Assembly (NCBI GenBank): GCA_031258695.1
Contig: JAIRMM010000040.1
Location: 1 to 49,261 of the forward strand
DNA: 49,261 nucleotides
From: Puniceicoccales bacterium
GTDB lineage: Bacteria > Verrucomicrobiota > Verrucomicrobiia > Opitutales > JAIRKQ01
Reading direction: 5' to 3'
Shown here: in pieces, positions 29,801 to 36,795 of the stretch
Position numbering within the stretch: the first letter of the stretch is position 1
Layout: every line of letters starts with the position of its first letter
Made by a program: the position numbers and the translations under genes
Notes under the pieces: generated by a model
Database searches by the model: none
What the model was told of the DNA's origin: nothing
Seen by the model: the letters and a program-made list of their open reading frames with translations, nothing else

Positions 29801-30532
29801 CCCTTTTTCATTTTTCCTGATCAGGAGAGCGTTAAAGTTCTTTTCTGCCTGAAATTCCTCTCCAGCACATTCCATTATTACCACCATTGGTTTATTTTCA
29901 TTCGCACATGCCTGCAGATGTTCCAACGTCAAATTTTCAAGGCCGTCAACTTTAGAAATGTTTAATTCTTTAAAAATTTCTCCAAAAACACCATCAATGC
30001 CTTCCCTAATTCGCTGTGGTTGTCGTAGCATGTTTTCCCCACGTAAAAATTCCCTGAGGTGTGAAATTGAACAGTCGATTGGTTCCGATTGGTCTACGTT
30101 GGTAAAATCGCATTTTGGGGGCACTTCTTCGATTTCCTCGGGTACTTCCGAATTTTCTGGGATGGACTCCCCAATGCTTTCGAAAAATTCTTCTATCTCT
30201 TTTCTAAGACTTTGATTTGTTTCATCTGCACTAGATGCAAGTTTGTGATGTATATCTTTCAACCCTTGTTTAAATTCTCCTAGCAAATCATCAATGCCGG
30301 AATTTCTGCGCAAGCACCATAACAGAAGCTTTTGGGGTAAAATTTTAAATTTAATCCATCCACCCCAACATCTGCGTTCTTCTAAGATTTTATGCTGGAT
30401 CTTGGTTGCTGTCATCTGCAAGTTATCATATCCCGCCACAGATCGTATGTCAGATAAACCCGAGAGTTTACTTTTTGCTGCGCCAGCCAATTGAAAAGTT
30501 TGTTCTATGAAATCAAGGTTTGCTATGGGCAT
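20849..30532 (-). CDS. Giant 3,227-aa protein with a central SF2-like P-loop NTPase core (reminiscent of DUF3638/DUF3645), an acidic disordered linker and an unassigned C-terminal domain
   Basis: A single uninterrupted ORF with an ATG start (MPIANLDFIE). Walker A is MMGGGKTSV (aa 2011-2019, nt 24476-24502). Walker B/DExD-like is LLDEIDLN (nt 24080-24091). Downstream motifs are SVGCTGTP, LVDAGG, FDELRCTGCDV and QGILRARKF. There is no signal peptide. All plus-strand ORFs inside it are short shadow ORFs. Confidence 0.85.
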   Translation of the reverse strand: MPIANLDFIEQTFQLAGAAKSKLSGLSDIRSVAGYDNLQMTATKIQHKILEERRCWGGWIKFKILPQKLLLWCLRRNSGIDDLLGEFKQGLKDIHHKLASSADETNQSLRKEIEEFFESIGESIPENSEVPEEIEEVPPKCDFTNVDQSEPIDCSISHLREFLRGENMLRQPQRIREGIDGVFGEIFKELNISKVDGLENLTLEHLQACANENKPMVVIMECAGEEFQAEKNFNALLIRKNEKGSLEVTKFTTQPKTLETHGGIQMDSGDYVNAFQLFDLKHKFDPSNSESSLEDIKTDLGKICAGEEPAKEVPQEKMVLIKSGGGKKQTSLKFELLQALQYATKGNSPREALVATFEIGECVAHLENIKSKMERGETLCLLEQHTVVLNALGRDVQQRILSLQASGKISTELASKYLSRVNEAITPLAANPAAVVPSSCKDDRARDLAKASTTYTQDSTLQISEGHNIQVCDNVPAFLQQANAKLSSQKAARLTMGFASAWKFEKLISDHDGTLGALQGKDIGETLENIGGFFRMAVAYTEYNRRNGITVPEDKQEIYDKLIKLGADIYKKYGEGYGIKRDHHESEEIMNALFNERNSIESYQDVVPLLSSFDNDTRSAIREIFLLSPDCFGGLGRSESAGNGFAYMLLSLDEKSKDGVAFPRQDNKEPVVIKNVSFGEQLQNDYQEICGFLNDNSQGDIAKSKHAKRFPFLEHCHLPPNGNVVQKTEAMLSWLQTSGNANIFDNLAMQRMFCKLLCGDANNPEALAGALKDRTTREQFVRLADQFFKTALETLPNPVKTEEAMQKYKFYASLHRQLSGVVKGAGGPDLNGEVFDKEISPVGTVNEELEFACVLCKKMIRGEDLTTDEILKCTDPKMMIWPEMAGASDMLLERDPEDSSGIKNMFEGVPLEALRNFIVDQAGKLTPETFQVIGERYAEQQGYEDAPVTANDKLITIKGRDNKIKASIDFNNFVRLTNGIHPEEHVKVKNEEHPILSKLGIDRTNIRSRVKVEGDTSTVDGKITIDNLTNRVTMDGRVLVTPKPLPPGKKLTATDSMISRFLPFVEETDTACAKVYLYDPKSLDKPVFMLENGKLCTPDGDMREYKTPHHGTNGKYSSGSLLLANLSCGGTTKTDVLETINPDTNEVLSCVMPGLHYNNQVLQFNRGEDGELHLASNEQYVLSKPPVPSPLTGGLNYICLRSKDKPSDYKFILINNENLIDSLSIDNATKQKIPILCQDVLEIGFHAVTGFDLSSSDYQAAGMILVYALHRSGRWEQTLDILNKINMREVVAGRNSALLELAFRPLVTDATKGNVLTIKADQILEEKLATFKIITLLLESNPYNFRNLLLARKEDGTVNFEDSFDLIMQMSSLYQSLIDARENSTMEVNLSKENELVIVEEIIGAMNQALEAAPATLKAGMKLIAFGEGMILTEMPEYGLLKLFEQKHQMLVEELGVQTHAKHFTKVAKDSKDHEIVYYKPGGKPSFAKASKFASVLPTRNREMLAKLRQEARETALLLESSVERREKVLTKCCRSDEAIRRDSELSDRERAAYIRFRDTMALPQLTDGGEGNGVIIGSIGKVYISEIEDFLNGQSVASKHSEALDGENQVRRLINENILKPVEAPKTSTPPSVEGAGNQQETDATVDAWKFNLLLEIVQLDEEAIQSHGALNKNDRQLILEFKKKRQEEIATATEASRGQTAPQINSEFRAGLLDLANAINGQKGSFLSNERQGVSQYESTAKKELARYNEEMSLAGSQDLRARALGELYEISPESFTRDEGTGKSQIESTIAGIAAQIQAATNKRDEIYSEHEGTFQGKLVEKLTTCSKTMDSLRKTKLAKTPTLDDARKALVCAPSDPNGDWSKSIKILQEINPEFTILDCKEIVNLTRQLLQASTAIRSMKQLEAAVENVRAKGQILLNDDHEIPAHGATNLTPEQKDFLLAKDQLITAYESVRTYDAETNMEALVFEDIVGFRVRGAQASIIQNVTAQLQSNEANNEQTGVTFQLMMGGGKTSVILSQLAHSISLQHKVPLFVCHPSQYTAMLGNLRLFQESRYSQEVISIDESKSDLQDSNKLSGIVRKLKRAKDGGGCLVIQAPTLRAIKLEFIRTSRLAMEGGDPAAMARAKQLADILSEVKENCVQLLDEIDLNLDITKSVNFPGGTRKSLASSQIDVIGSMLDVVTEDTGLYDAFCNDKFGAEKDGKTPVNQFKEKIIDRCFEQIQALDGSIDKNDFRNFMLGANEPGATFKQAWENIKQSHRREAEKIALQKGMLSIVDGAAKKEYNRHYGFREDGAVIPYQGVGTPSSGEFGNVYEQAYYFFAAILHNGIQLSQMTSLIDKYVDGLLPKSLAEQLESLWDDSGFGKLSDLKRMTDAQRHAAIHKATEQLNGKKKSKNFMSFVKMLAANTIKYNSELLECDAISMVDMSKTSVGCTGTPWNMQTYHSAFQGDNKAILELGTEGKIVQKWQKDFQTGASKILTPAGATVSSILGEHAAVHETDSGNLRALVDAGGIFKDRTNEEVANDILDYYRDDSNVQHVVYLGKTMAGEESFFVMAKNDRSHPRPIPNTSLEEIEKVVGKDHINETFTYFDELRCTGCDVPLDKNARAILTVNPDTTPIRTALQGILRARKFLDSQTVDLCVPQGLVPPGMNVSDDPVGAMTKICSHCIENQSVMLAKQTYKSYKAQISNCVKSITFERLHEIIGKHDGKKISKQERKTLNLCKQFTYSSFEADPLELYGDFDSEQPAYESLQNYYEGTLAKIKKVDRGMAEEFRVRAAIILSLAEKVLDFAVWESAVDTGTEVEAETETETETETETEQEQVTEDSSKVVEETSWDVLNAQARVDGDAPALDEAPAPAPDEASAVAQSEEGTRATDDVPQPPKPLEDRTRATTAVVAGDAPAPALDVSVAVQPEESAQATGDAPQPPKSLPERAKSMMDDFQSEEFREGSTLESILESQKEDPETTIDLVDQRLQTAARKNGLSDRELLVVLNERYNHPGSDEGESGESQLLPLFENPLLVDKTKARILAEAPTFASLIFPERAEARPGFPPILSADKCITDKPDFHIFRDDVQITANLAKNLEGVKWMDDSRRKDAQFALVYRSGETFKTLFLSDQDAQEIGKAMADLNVKDCWMFNAAGIPTSTNPLVTIEKGVLDAGREASADLAILYGNFHHLNSSEYNQKVLRTRVGVSPETKVSFLKRVQTLHPREYDDAVEFFSAA
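21737..21990 (-). repeat. About 135-bp tandem duplication encoding the Pro/Ala/Glu-rich linker of the giant protein
   Basis: ttttggaggctgcggt(g/a)catca(c/t)c(t/c)gttgcc(t/c)gag... occurs at 21737 and 21872. The two copies encode Q(S/P)EE..(R/Q)AT.D.PQPPK(P/S)L(E/P).R. Confidence 0.85.
22066..22120 (-). repeat. In-frame hexanucleotide tract encoding the ETETETETETETEQEQ run in the giant protein
   Basis: The plus strand reads ctctgtttctgtttctgtctctgtttctgtctctgtttctgcttctacttctg. The translation is AETETETETETETEQEQ. Confidence 0.9.
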
Positions 30533-30728
30533 ATGGATCCTTTTTGATGTTTAAACCTAGCATAGCATACATCCCATTACACAATTGTCAATTTTTAAAC
30601 ATGCTTCGGTCTGGTTTTCTCCCGAAAAGCATATAATTCAACGGAGATGGTTCTTTTTTCGATGATTGATGCCAGATTGCAGCTAAGTTTCGGCTCGCCA
30701 TGAAAAATTTTATCATTTTTCTGGGGAC

Positions 30729-31955
30729 ATGGGTAAAGTCTTTTCAAATACCAAAGTGGCAAGAAAAACATTCTTCTTTGACAATTGGCGGTGTTTCTGT
30801 TCCGGATTCATGGATCCTTTGCCGGAAAGTCTTGCTTTGGTTATTGTCCTTCGGATGTTTCGGGCCCCAATTTGGATAAAGTCTCTCATATTTGCCTCAG
30901 GTTTCATGGGAAATTTCCTTACCCCCCTGACTCAATCTTTGGTAGCACGGCAAAAACGATATAAAACCATGGATTTTAGTACAGCCTATTGGTTCATCGT
31001 TTCATTCTTGGTCTTTGCTTCAACTTTTGCTACATCGGTTGTGTCATTTTCGATCCTAATATCCTTTGCCATAATTTTTTCCAAACAACCAATTCCCCTT
31101 ATGGAAGATGTCTATGGCCAAAATTATTCACCCCAGGAACGGGGTGGTCGGCTAGCCATTACGCTCAACTTGTTACTATTATCCACCATAGTTTTTGGAC
31201 AGGTAGGGGGAAAATTGATGGATTTAAATTTACAAAACTACAAACTGGTGCTTCTCTTTGTGTCACTGGCGGCGATGGGAACAGCCCTATCCTTTTCTAA
31301 AATTCCTTCCAGGATCCTTCCCGCAGAAGGGGGAAAATCAATGGCTTCCAGTGTCAAAATAATTTTTACGGACAAACAATTTGGCATGGCCCTCCTTTGG
31401 TGGTCGTTATCAGGACTTGGCATACAAATAATGGGGCCCCTACGGACAGAGTACCTAGTGGACAGTACGAATGGGATAGGTGCTTCGAACGCATTTACGG
31501 TCCTTATATCCATAACTATTCCCATGGGATTTAGGATTTTGAGTACCTTCGTCTGCGGCCAAATTTTCCACCGGTTCAATTTTATTGCCATAAAACTAGT
31601 GGTTAACCTGTTTTTAATGGCCAGCGTCTTGCTGTTTTTTAATACGAAGATAAAATTTTTAGTTGCCCTTGCATCCGCCTGTTCCGGCATTGCCCGCGGC
31701 GGAGGTGAAATAATTTGGTGCCTGTGGGTTACCAAAATTGTACCAAAGGAAAAATTTAGCCTATATATGAGTCTCAACGTTGCCGTTACGGGACTGAGAG
31801 GGATGCTATCGCCCTTCATAGGATATGGTATTCGCCAACATTTGTCATTGGCCCAAATGAGCTACTTTTCGGCCACACTCGTACTAATTTCATCCTTCGG
31901 TTTTCTTTCATTGATCAAACATCCGCGTTTTACCACAATGTCAACAGCAGAATAG
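30729..31955 (+). CDS. MFS-type transporter, substrate unknown
   Basis: 408 aa with about 10-12 hydrophobic helices throughout and a mid-protein loop. It is divergent from the giant gene. The start codon is uncertain; alternative Met codons are at aa 28 and 43. Confidence 0.6.
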   Translation: MGKVFSNTKVARKTFFFDNWRCFCSGFMDPLPESLALVIVLRMFRAPIWIKSLIFASGFMGNFLTPLTQSLVARQKRYKTMDFSTAYWFIVSFLVFASTFATSVVSFSILISFAIIFSKQPIPLMEDVYGQNYSPQERGGRLAITLNLLLLSTIVFGQVGGKLMDLNLQNYKLVLLFVSLAAMGTALSFSKIPSRILPAEGGKSMASSVKIIFTDKQFGMALLWWSLSGLGIQIMGPLRTEYLVDSTNGIGASNAFTVLISITIPMGFRILSTFVCGQIFHRFNFIAIKLVVNLFLMASVLLFFNTKIKFLVALASACSGIARGGGEIIWCLWVTKIVPKEKFSLYMSLNVAVTGLRGMLSPFIGYGIRQHLSLAQMSYFSATLVLISSFGFLSLIKHPRFTTMSTAE

Positions 31956-32127
31956 TTGGGCGATAAACTTCCGAAAACCGGCGGCGGTAGTATGTCACTC
32001 CCAGGTAAATTACCAGTGATCGGATATCATAACAAAAAAAACAAACGTTTTACCAAAAATAATATTGATTAATCTAAAAATATGTAAATAAATTATACTT
32101 TGGGAGGTTTTAAAAAGGTTTAAAATT

Positions 32128-33684
32128 ATGAGCGATACTGACACAATGCCGGAGTTTGGCAAAATGAGAAAGTTCTTTTTTCCAATCTATGGTTTCGAGG
32201 TGAAAAAAGCGTTACCAATGGGGTTTATGTTTTTTTTCATCCTGTTCAATTACACATGCCTAAGGAACATAAAAGATTCCATGGTAATCACAGCGCCTAA
32301 TTCGGGAGCGGAAGTCATTCCCTTTCTAAAGGCGTTTTTAGTCATGCCTAGTGCCATATTATTTACGCTGATTTATGCCAAGGGTAGTGATGTTATGAGT
32401 TGTGAAAACTTGTTCTATGTAACCATTGGATTTTTCATAATATTTTTTGGATTTTTCGGATTCGTAATCTATCCTAATTTGAGTTTTTTTCATCCGGCAG
32501 TAGATACCGTTGCACGTTGGCAAAATCATTATAGCCAATCCGTGCGTTGGCCACTGGCAATAGCGGGAAATTGGACATTTGCACTGTTCTATGTGATGTC
32601 GGAGTTGTGGGGAAGCGCAACACTGTCCCTGCTGTTTTGGCAATTTGCCAATCAAATATGTAAAACTTCGGAAGCTAAAAGATTTTATGCATTTTTTGGA
32701 TTACTTTCCCAATTTTCACTATTACTGGCGGGGGAGGTTGCCGATTACATTGAAAAATTTTCTCACAATGTTCCCAAAGGGATTGATCCTTGGGCAGTTT
32801 CCCTACGATGGTCAATGGGAATAGTCGTAGTATCCGGCATTGTGCTTATGATAATCCACCGTTGGATTTATAAAAATGTATTAACCGACAAACGGTTTTA
32901 CGATAAACCGGAACTTCCAGGGGCAAAAAAGAAAAAAAACAAGATGGGATTTTGGCAAAGTATGGCGTTTATGGTAACTTCTCCATACCTGATTTTGATA
33001 ACTGCGCTGGTAATTTGCTACGGCATCGGCGTCAACGTGATCGAAGGATTGTGGAAAGGACAGGCAAGATTGCTGAATTCCAGTACCGGTGCATTTAATG
33101 CATTCATGGGGCGCTATTCGTTCTACACGGGAATAACAACGATGATTGTGATGATTATCGGCGGAAATATTTTGCGTAAATTTAGTTGGTTTACGGCTGC
33201 CGCTATTACACCGATATTGACTTTGGTCTCCGGTAGCATATTTTTTTCCTTCGTAATATGGAGAAATGATTTTGTAAACATACTTGCTTGGTTTGGAACA
33301 AATCCCGTAGTCGTAGCAGTTTTTGTCGGGGCTGTAATACTAATTCTAGCGAAGGCAACCAAGTATTCTCTCTTCGACCTAACAAAGGAAATGGCCTATA
33401 TTCCACTCGACGATGAAATGAAAGTGAAAGGTAAGGTTGTGGTCGAAGTCATCGGTGGACGGTTGGGCAAGGCAAGTGGAGCATGGTTACAATCTGGATT
33501 ATTGATGATCTTTGGGCTAAACGTATTTGGCCATGGGAAAAAAGTCGAACTGATAAACCTGGCGCCCTACCTATTTGGGATACTAATTACGATTTGCCTA
33601 CTGTGGGTACTCGCCGTACGAGCACTTAGCAAAAAAATTGAGGCGGTAACAGCTACGGCCTCCAAGCAAGCAGCAGGCGAGTAA
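32128..33684 (+). CDS. ntt: ATP/ADP translocase (nucleotide transporter, NTT/Tlc/Npt family)
   Basis: 518 aa. The N-terminal half closely matches my recollection of chlamydial Npt1 and rickettsial Tlc: FGKMRKFFFPIYGFEVKKALPMGFMFFFILFNYTCLRNIKDSMVITAPNSGAEVIPFLKAF, NWTFALFYVMSELWGSATLSLLFWQFANQI and SEAKRFYAFFG. Confidence 0.9.
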   Translation: MSDTDTMPEFGKMRKFFFPIYGFEVKKALPMGFMFFFILFNYTCLRNIKDSMVITAPNSGAEVIPFLKAFLVMPSAILFTLIYAKGSDVMSCENLFYVTIGFFIIFFGFFGFVIYPNLSFFHPAVDTVARWQNHYSQSVRWPLAIAGNWTFALFYVMSELWGSATLSLLFWQFANQICKTSEAKRFYAFFGLLSQFSLLLAGEVADYIEKFSHNVPKGIDPWAVSLRWSMGIVVVSGIVLMIIHRWIYKNVLTDKRFYDKPELPGAKKKKNKMGFWQSMAFMVTSPYLILITALVICYGIGVNVIEGLWKGQARLLNSSTGAFNAFMGRYSFYTGITTMIVMIIGGNILRKFSWFTAAAITPILTLVSGSIFFSFVIWRNDFVNILAWFGTNPVVVAVFVGAVILILAKATKYSLFDLTKEMAYIPLDDEMKVKGKVVVEVIGGRLGKASGAWLQSGLLMIFGLNVFGHGKKVELINLAPYLFGILITICLLWVLAVRALSKKIEAVTATASKQAAGE

Positions 33685-33718
33685 CCGTTGTGAGTTTAGC
33701 AAGTATTTATGCGGACCC

Positions 33719-33745
33719 GTCCTCGGCATATTGCCGAGGACTTTT
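33719..33745 (+). terminator. Intrinsic terminator of the ATP/ADP translocase gene
   Basis: GTCCTCGGC-atatt-GCCGAGGAC forms a perfect 9-bp stem and is followed by TTTT. It starts 35 nt after the stop codon. Confidence 0.8.
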
Positions 33746-33852
33746 GGTTAAAATTTGGCCATGGAAAAGATAATTCAATTTTTGTTCGTAAATTTTAAAA
33801 AATTTACCATATAGCGTGCTCAGGAAGGTTTCATAGGGATCTTCGCAAACAT

Positions 33853-34734
33853 ATGCCGCTAAACAAAATAGTATCATCTTTGCTGCAACCGATCGAAGCG
33901 GTTGTTTCACCAATAAAATCAAAATTGAAAAAACTTTCCGACATTCGGGCCGTAATTTTTGATGTTTATGGCACGCTGTTTACGACCAAATCCGCCCACG
34001 GTTCTTTGTCAGAATCGGGGATACAATCCGATACAGCCATAGTAGAGGCCCTGGAGGAGTCCGATTTCGATGTATTTGAACACGATATAAATTTGAGCAA
34101 TCTATACATGGAACATGTGCGGGCACACTATGATATTCGCCGGGCCGAGGGAATAGCATATCCCGAAATTAATATTTGTGACGTTTGGCAAGATTTTTTA
34201 AACGAATTATTCATTGGCGGAATCATCGATGGGGATTTGACAGAACGTTCAATTCGTCGAGTAATAATGTGCTATGAATGTAAAATCAACCCGGTATGGC
34301 CGGCGAAAAAATCCCTGGAATTTATAAGAAATTTACAAGACAATGACACCTATGCCGGAATAATTGCAACCGGTCAATTTTATACGCCAAAAATAATGGA
34401 AATACTGTACCAAAACAGCCTTGAAACCCTCGGATTTAAGCAATCCCTTTGCCTATGGTCCTACGAATATAGGCACCGAAAGCCATCTTCCCTACTATTT
34501 AACATGTGCAGGGAAAGATTGCAGGACCTCGGCATAGACCCACAGGAAACCATATACGTCGGCAATGACATGCTCAATGACGTGGTACCGGCCCGCAAGG
34601 TGGGCTTTAAAACAGCTTTATTTACGGGAAATGCCAATTCCATACGTTTGCATGAAGATGTTGCAGAATGTGTAAAAACAAAACCGACCATCATTTTCAA
34701 CAATTTTGACCAATTGGCTGACTGTATTTTTTGA
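33853..34734 (+). CDS. HAD-superfamily hydrolase (haloacid dehalogenase-like, subfamily IA-type)
   Basis: Motif I is AVIFDVYGTLF. The C-terminal motif is YVGNDMLNDVVPARKVGFKTALF. Confidence 0.7.
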   Translation: MPLNKIVSSLLQPIEAVVSPIKSKLKKLSDIRAVIFDVYGTLFTTKSAHGSLSESGIQSDTAIVEALEESDFDVFEHDINLSNLYMEHVRAHYDIRRAEGIAYPEINICDVWQDFLNELFIGGIIDGDLTERSIRRVIMCYECKINPVWPAKKSLEFIRNLQDNDTYAGIIATGQFYTPKIMEILYQNSLETLGFKQSLCLWSYEYRHRKPSSLLFNMCRERLQDLGIDPQETIYVGNDMLNDVVPARKVGFKTALFTGNANSIRLHEDVAECVKTKPTIIFNNFDQLADCIF

Positions 34735-34741
34735 TGGGACA

Positions 34742-35299
34742 CTATGCCCTTCCGATGTATGAACCATCGTCGGAACTGACACGGATGGTTTCACCCGGTT
34801 TGATAAATAGTGGTACTTGAACCACTAATCCCGTTTCCGTCGTGGCAGGTTTTTGTACGCTCGAAGCGGTATCGCCGCGAACACCATCGGGAGCATCCAC
34901 AACCTTCATTGTAATTGAGGCTGGAAGCACAATTTCCACTGGTTTGTCGTTTACACAGGCAATGTCGTAGGGTTTGCCAATGGCCAGAAACTTTTTTTTA
35001 CTTTCGACCAATTCGTTCGGCAGACAAATATCCTCGTAGGTTTCCGGGTCTAGAAAATGATGGCCCATGTCGTCCACATAGGAATATTCCAGTGTCATCG
35101 TGCTTGTCGTTAAAAATGTCACATTGTCGGAGGAGAGAAACTTAACGGCCGTGGAGGCACCCGTACTTAAATTTCGCATGACTACCTGCACGAACCCTGC
35201 CTGTCTCCCCTGTGTCCTATGTTGAACTTCCAGGACGGAATGTGGGACGCCGTTATAATCTATTACTTTACCCTTTCGAATATCGGTTGGATTAGCCAT
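34742..35299 (-). CDS. efp: Translation elongation factor P
   Basis: 185 aa. MANPTDIRKGKVIDYNGVPHSVLEVQHRTQGRQAGFVQVVMRNLSTG is typical of EF-P, and the C-terminal OB domains contain VVQVPLFIKPGETIRV. The loop-tip residue aligns as Arg (QGRQAG). Confidence 0.9.
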   Translation of the reverse strand: MANPTDIRKGKVIDYNGVPHSVLEVQHRTQGRQAGFVQVVMRNLSTGASTAVKFLSSDNVTFLTTSTMTLEYSYVDDMGHHFLDPETYEDICLPNELVESKKKFLAIGKPYDIACVNDKPVEIVLPASITMKVVDAPDGVRGDTASSVQKPATTETGLVVQVPLFIKPGETIRVSSDDGSYIGRA

Positions 35300-35381
35300 G
35301 GTAGATTTCCTGTATTTTATGGCAGAAAAATCAAGCTTTTTGGGAAGTTTTTAAAATTGTAAAGGACACATATCCCGGAGG

Positions 35382-36092
35382 CTACTTCTGTTTCGTTTCC
35401 CATTCTATGCCGGTCCACGATAAGGCACGGGCACCGCCGTTGACCGCTTCCGAAATTTTCGATGTTTTTTCTCCCGTGTAATAGTTTACGAGTATGTTTG
35501 CTTCGTCTGTCAGGTTGGGATAAAACTCCACGTGACCATCCAGAAAGACGATAATGCCTCCACTTTCCCCATAGACCCCACCGTTATTTCCTTTTGCGGG
35601 ACGCCATTTGCCGGTCTCCGGATCAAGACCTCTGGTGTAGGCAATGGGAGTGGTGTCGGCGGGAGCTCGACCGGCAATGCCAGAAATTACGACGACACTC
35701 AACGGAAAATTCTCAAAATCTGGATTGATGCTCCATTGACCGTTTTTTCTAATACCGATGGTTTTCGGGATTGCCCGGTGGTTTGACTCAACCAAGTAGT
35801 CATCGTTGAAAATGAAAATGGAGGCAGCATTTAATTCTTCATGTTTTGAAAGTACTCCGGCCCACTCCGCTGCGTTTTTGCAATTGTTCAATTCCCTAAA
35901 GCGGTCTTTCAATGAAAAACTGACGTAGGCCGTTGCGATTTGTTGCAAATTTTTTAGCGCTTTTATCTTCTTAGCATCGTTTATCGCATTTCCCACCAAC
36001 GGCATCAATATGGCAGCCAGTATTACAATTACCGAGACTACGGTCAGCAATTCTATCAGACTAAATCCCCTATCCCTTTTATTCCAACGCAC
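35382..36092 (-). CDS. Prepilin-type N-terminal cleavage/methylation domain protein (type II secretion/type IV pilin-like pseudopilin, PVC style)
   Basis: GTG start. The leader is MRWNKRDRG followed by FSLIELLTVVSVIVILAAILMPL, the G/FxLxE class III signal. The C-terminal VFLDGHVEF motif is common in planctomycete and verrucomicrobial pseudopilin-like proteins. Confidence 0.8.
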   Translation of the reverse strand: MRWNKRDRGFSLIELLTVVSVIVILAAILMPLVGNAINDAKKIKALKNLQQIATAYVSFSLKDRFRELNNCKNAAEWAGVLSKHEELNAASIFIFNDDYLVESNHRAIPKTIGIRKNGQWSINPDFENFPLSVVVISGIAGRAPADTTPIAYTRGLDPETGKWRPAKGNNGGVYGESGGIIVFLDGHVEFYPNLTDEANILVNYYTGEKTSKISEAVNGGARALSWTGIEWETKQK

Positions 36093-36195
36093 AGTGTATC
36101 AAATGTATGGATCCCCCCATCCCTGTCAAGACAATCGCCATATTTTTTCATTCCATGATTGCCTATCATCTTTCTAACCCTAAACAACGGGAGAA

Positions 36196-36795
36196 GTGAA
36201 TATTTTTGTGACAGGGACGGATACCGATGTGGGGAAGACAACCATAGCGGCTTGGATATGCCAACAGCTTGGGGTTGCTTACTGGAAACCAATCCAAACG
36301 GGAAATATGCGGGATAGCGAAACCGTAAAAATCCTTTCCCCGGGCACAAAAATCATCGATGAAGTCTATGGGTTAAGCGCTCCGCTGTCTCCCTATGACG
36401 CTGCAAAAATTGATAACATTTCCATGGATGGAGAATTGCTTAGACGGCGGATAGATAATACTGTTATCGAGGGTGCCGGTGGTATTTTGGTACCCATCAA
36501 GTTTGGTTTTTATATGGCAGACCTGCTAAAACTTTATAATGCTAAAGCCATCGTGGTGGCTAGGTCAAAGCTGGGTGTGATCAATCACATACTAATGACA
36601 ATCGAAGTTTTAAAAGCCAGGAACATTGACATCCTAGGGATAATTGTAAACGGGCAAATGGAAGAAAATATCAAACAAACGATTGAGCTATTTTCCGGGT
36701 CAAAGATACTTGCCCATATTCCCCATAGCAATGACCTAAATGGGACGTTGCGATCCATCCGTGTTCCATCTGAAATCAGGGAGGTATTTAAGTGA
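36196..36795 (+). CDS. bioD: Dethiobiotin synthetase
   Basis: GTG start with a GGGAGAA SD. The P-loop is FVTGTDTDVGKTT; EGAGGILVP is also present. Confidence 0.85.
   Translation: MNIFVTGTDTDVGKTTIAAWICQQLGVAYWKPIQTGNMRDSETVKILSPGTKIIDEVYGLSAPLSPYDAAKIDNISMDGELLRRRIDNTVIEGAGGILVPIKFGFYMADLLKLYNAKAIVVARSKLGVINHILMTIEVLKARNIDILGIIVNGQMEENIKQTIELFSGSKILAHIPHSNDLNGTLRSIRVPSEIREVFK

Noticed and set aside
20973-30494. About 40 plus-strand ORFs of 60-200 aa inside the giant gene.
   Set aside because: All are short, overlap the single 9.7-kb minus-strand ORF and have no motifs. They are the expected antisense noise of a long gene.
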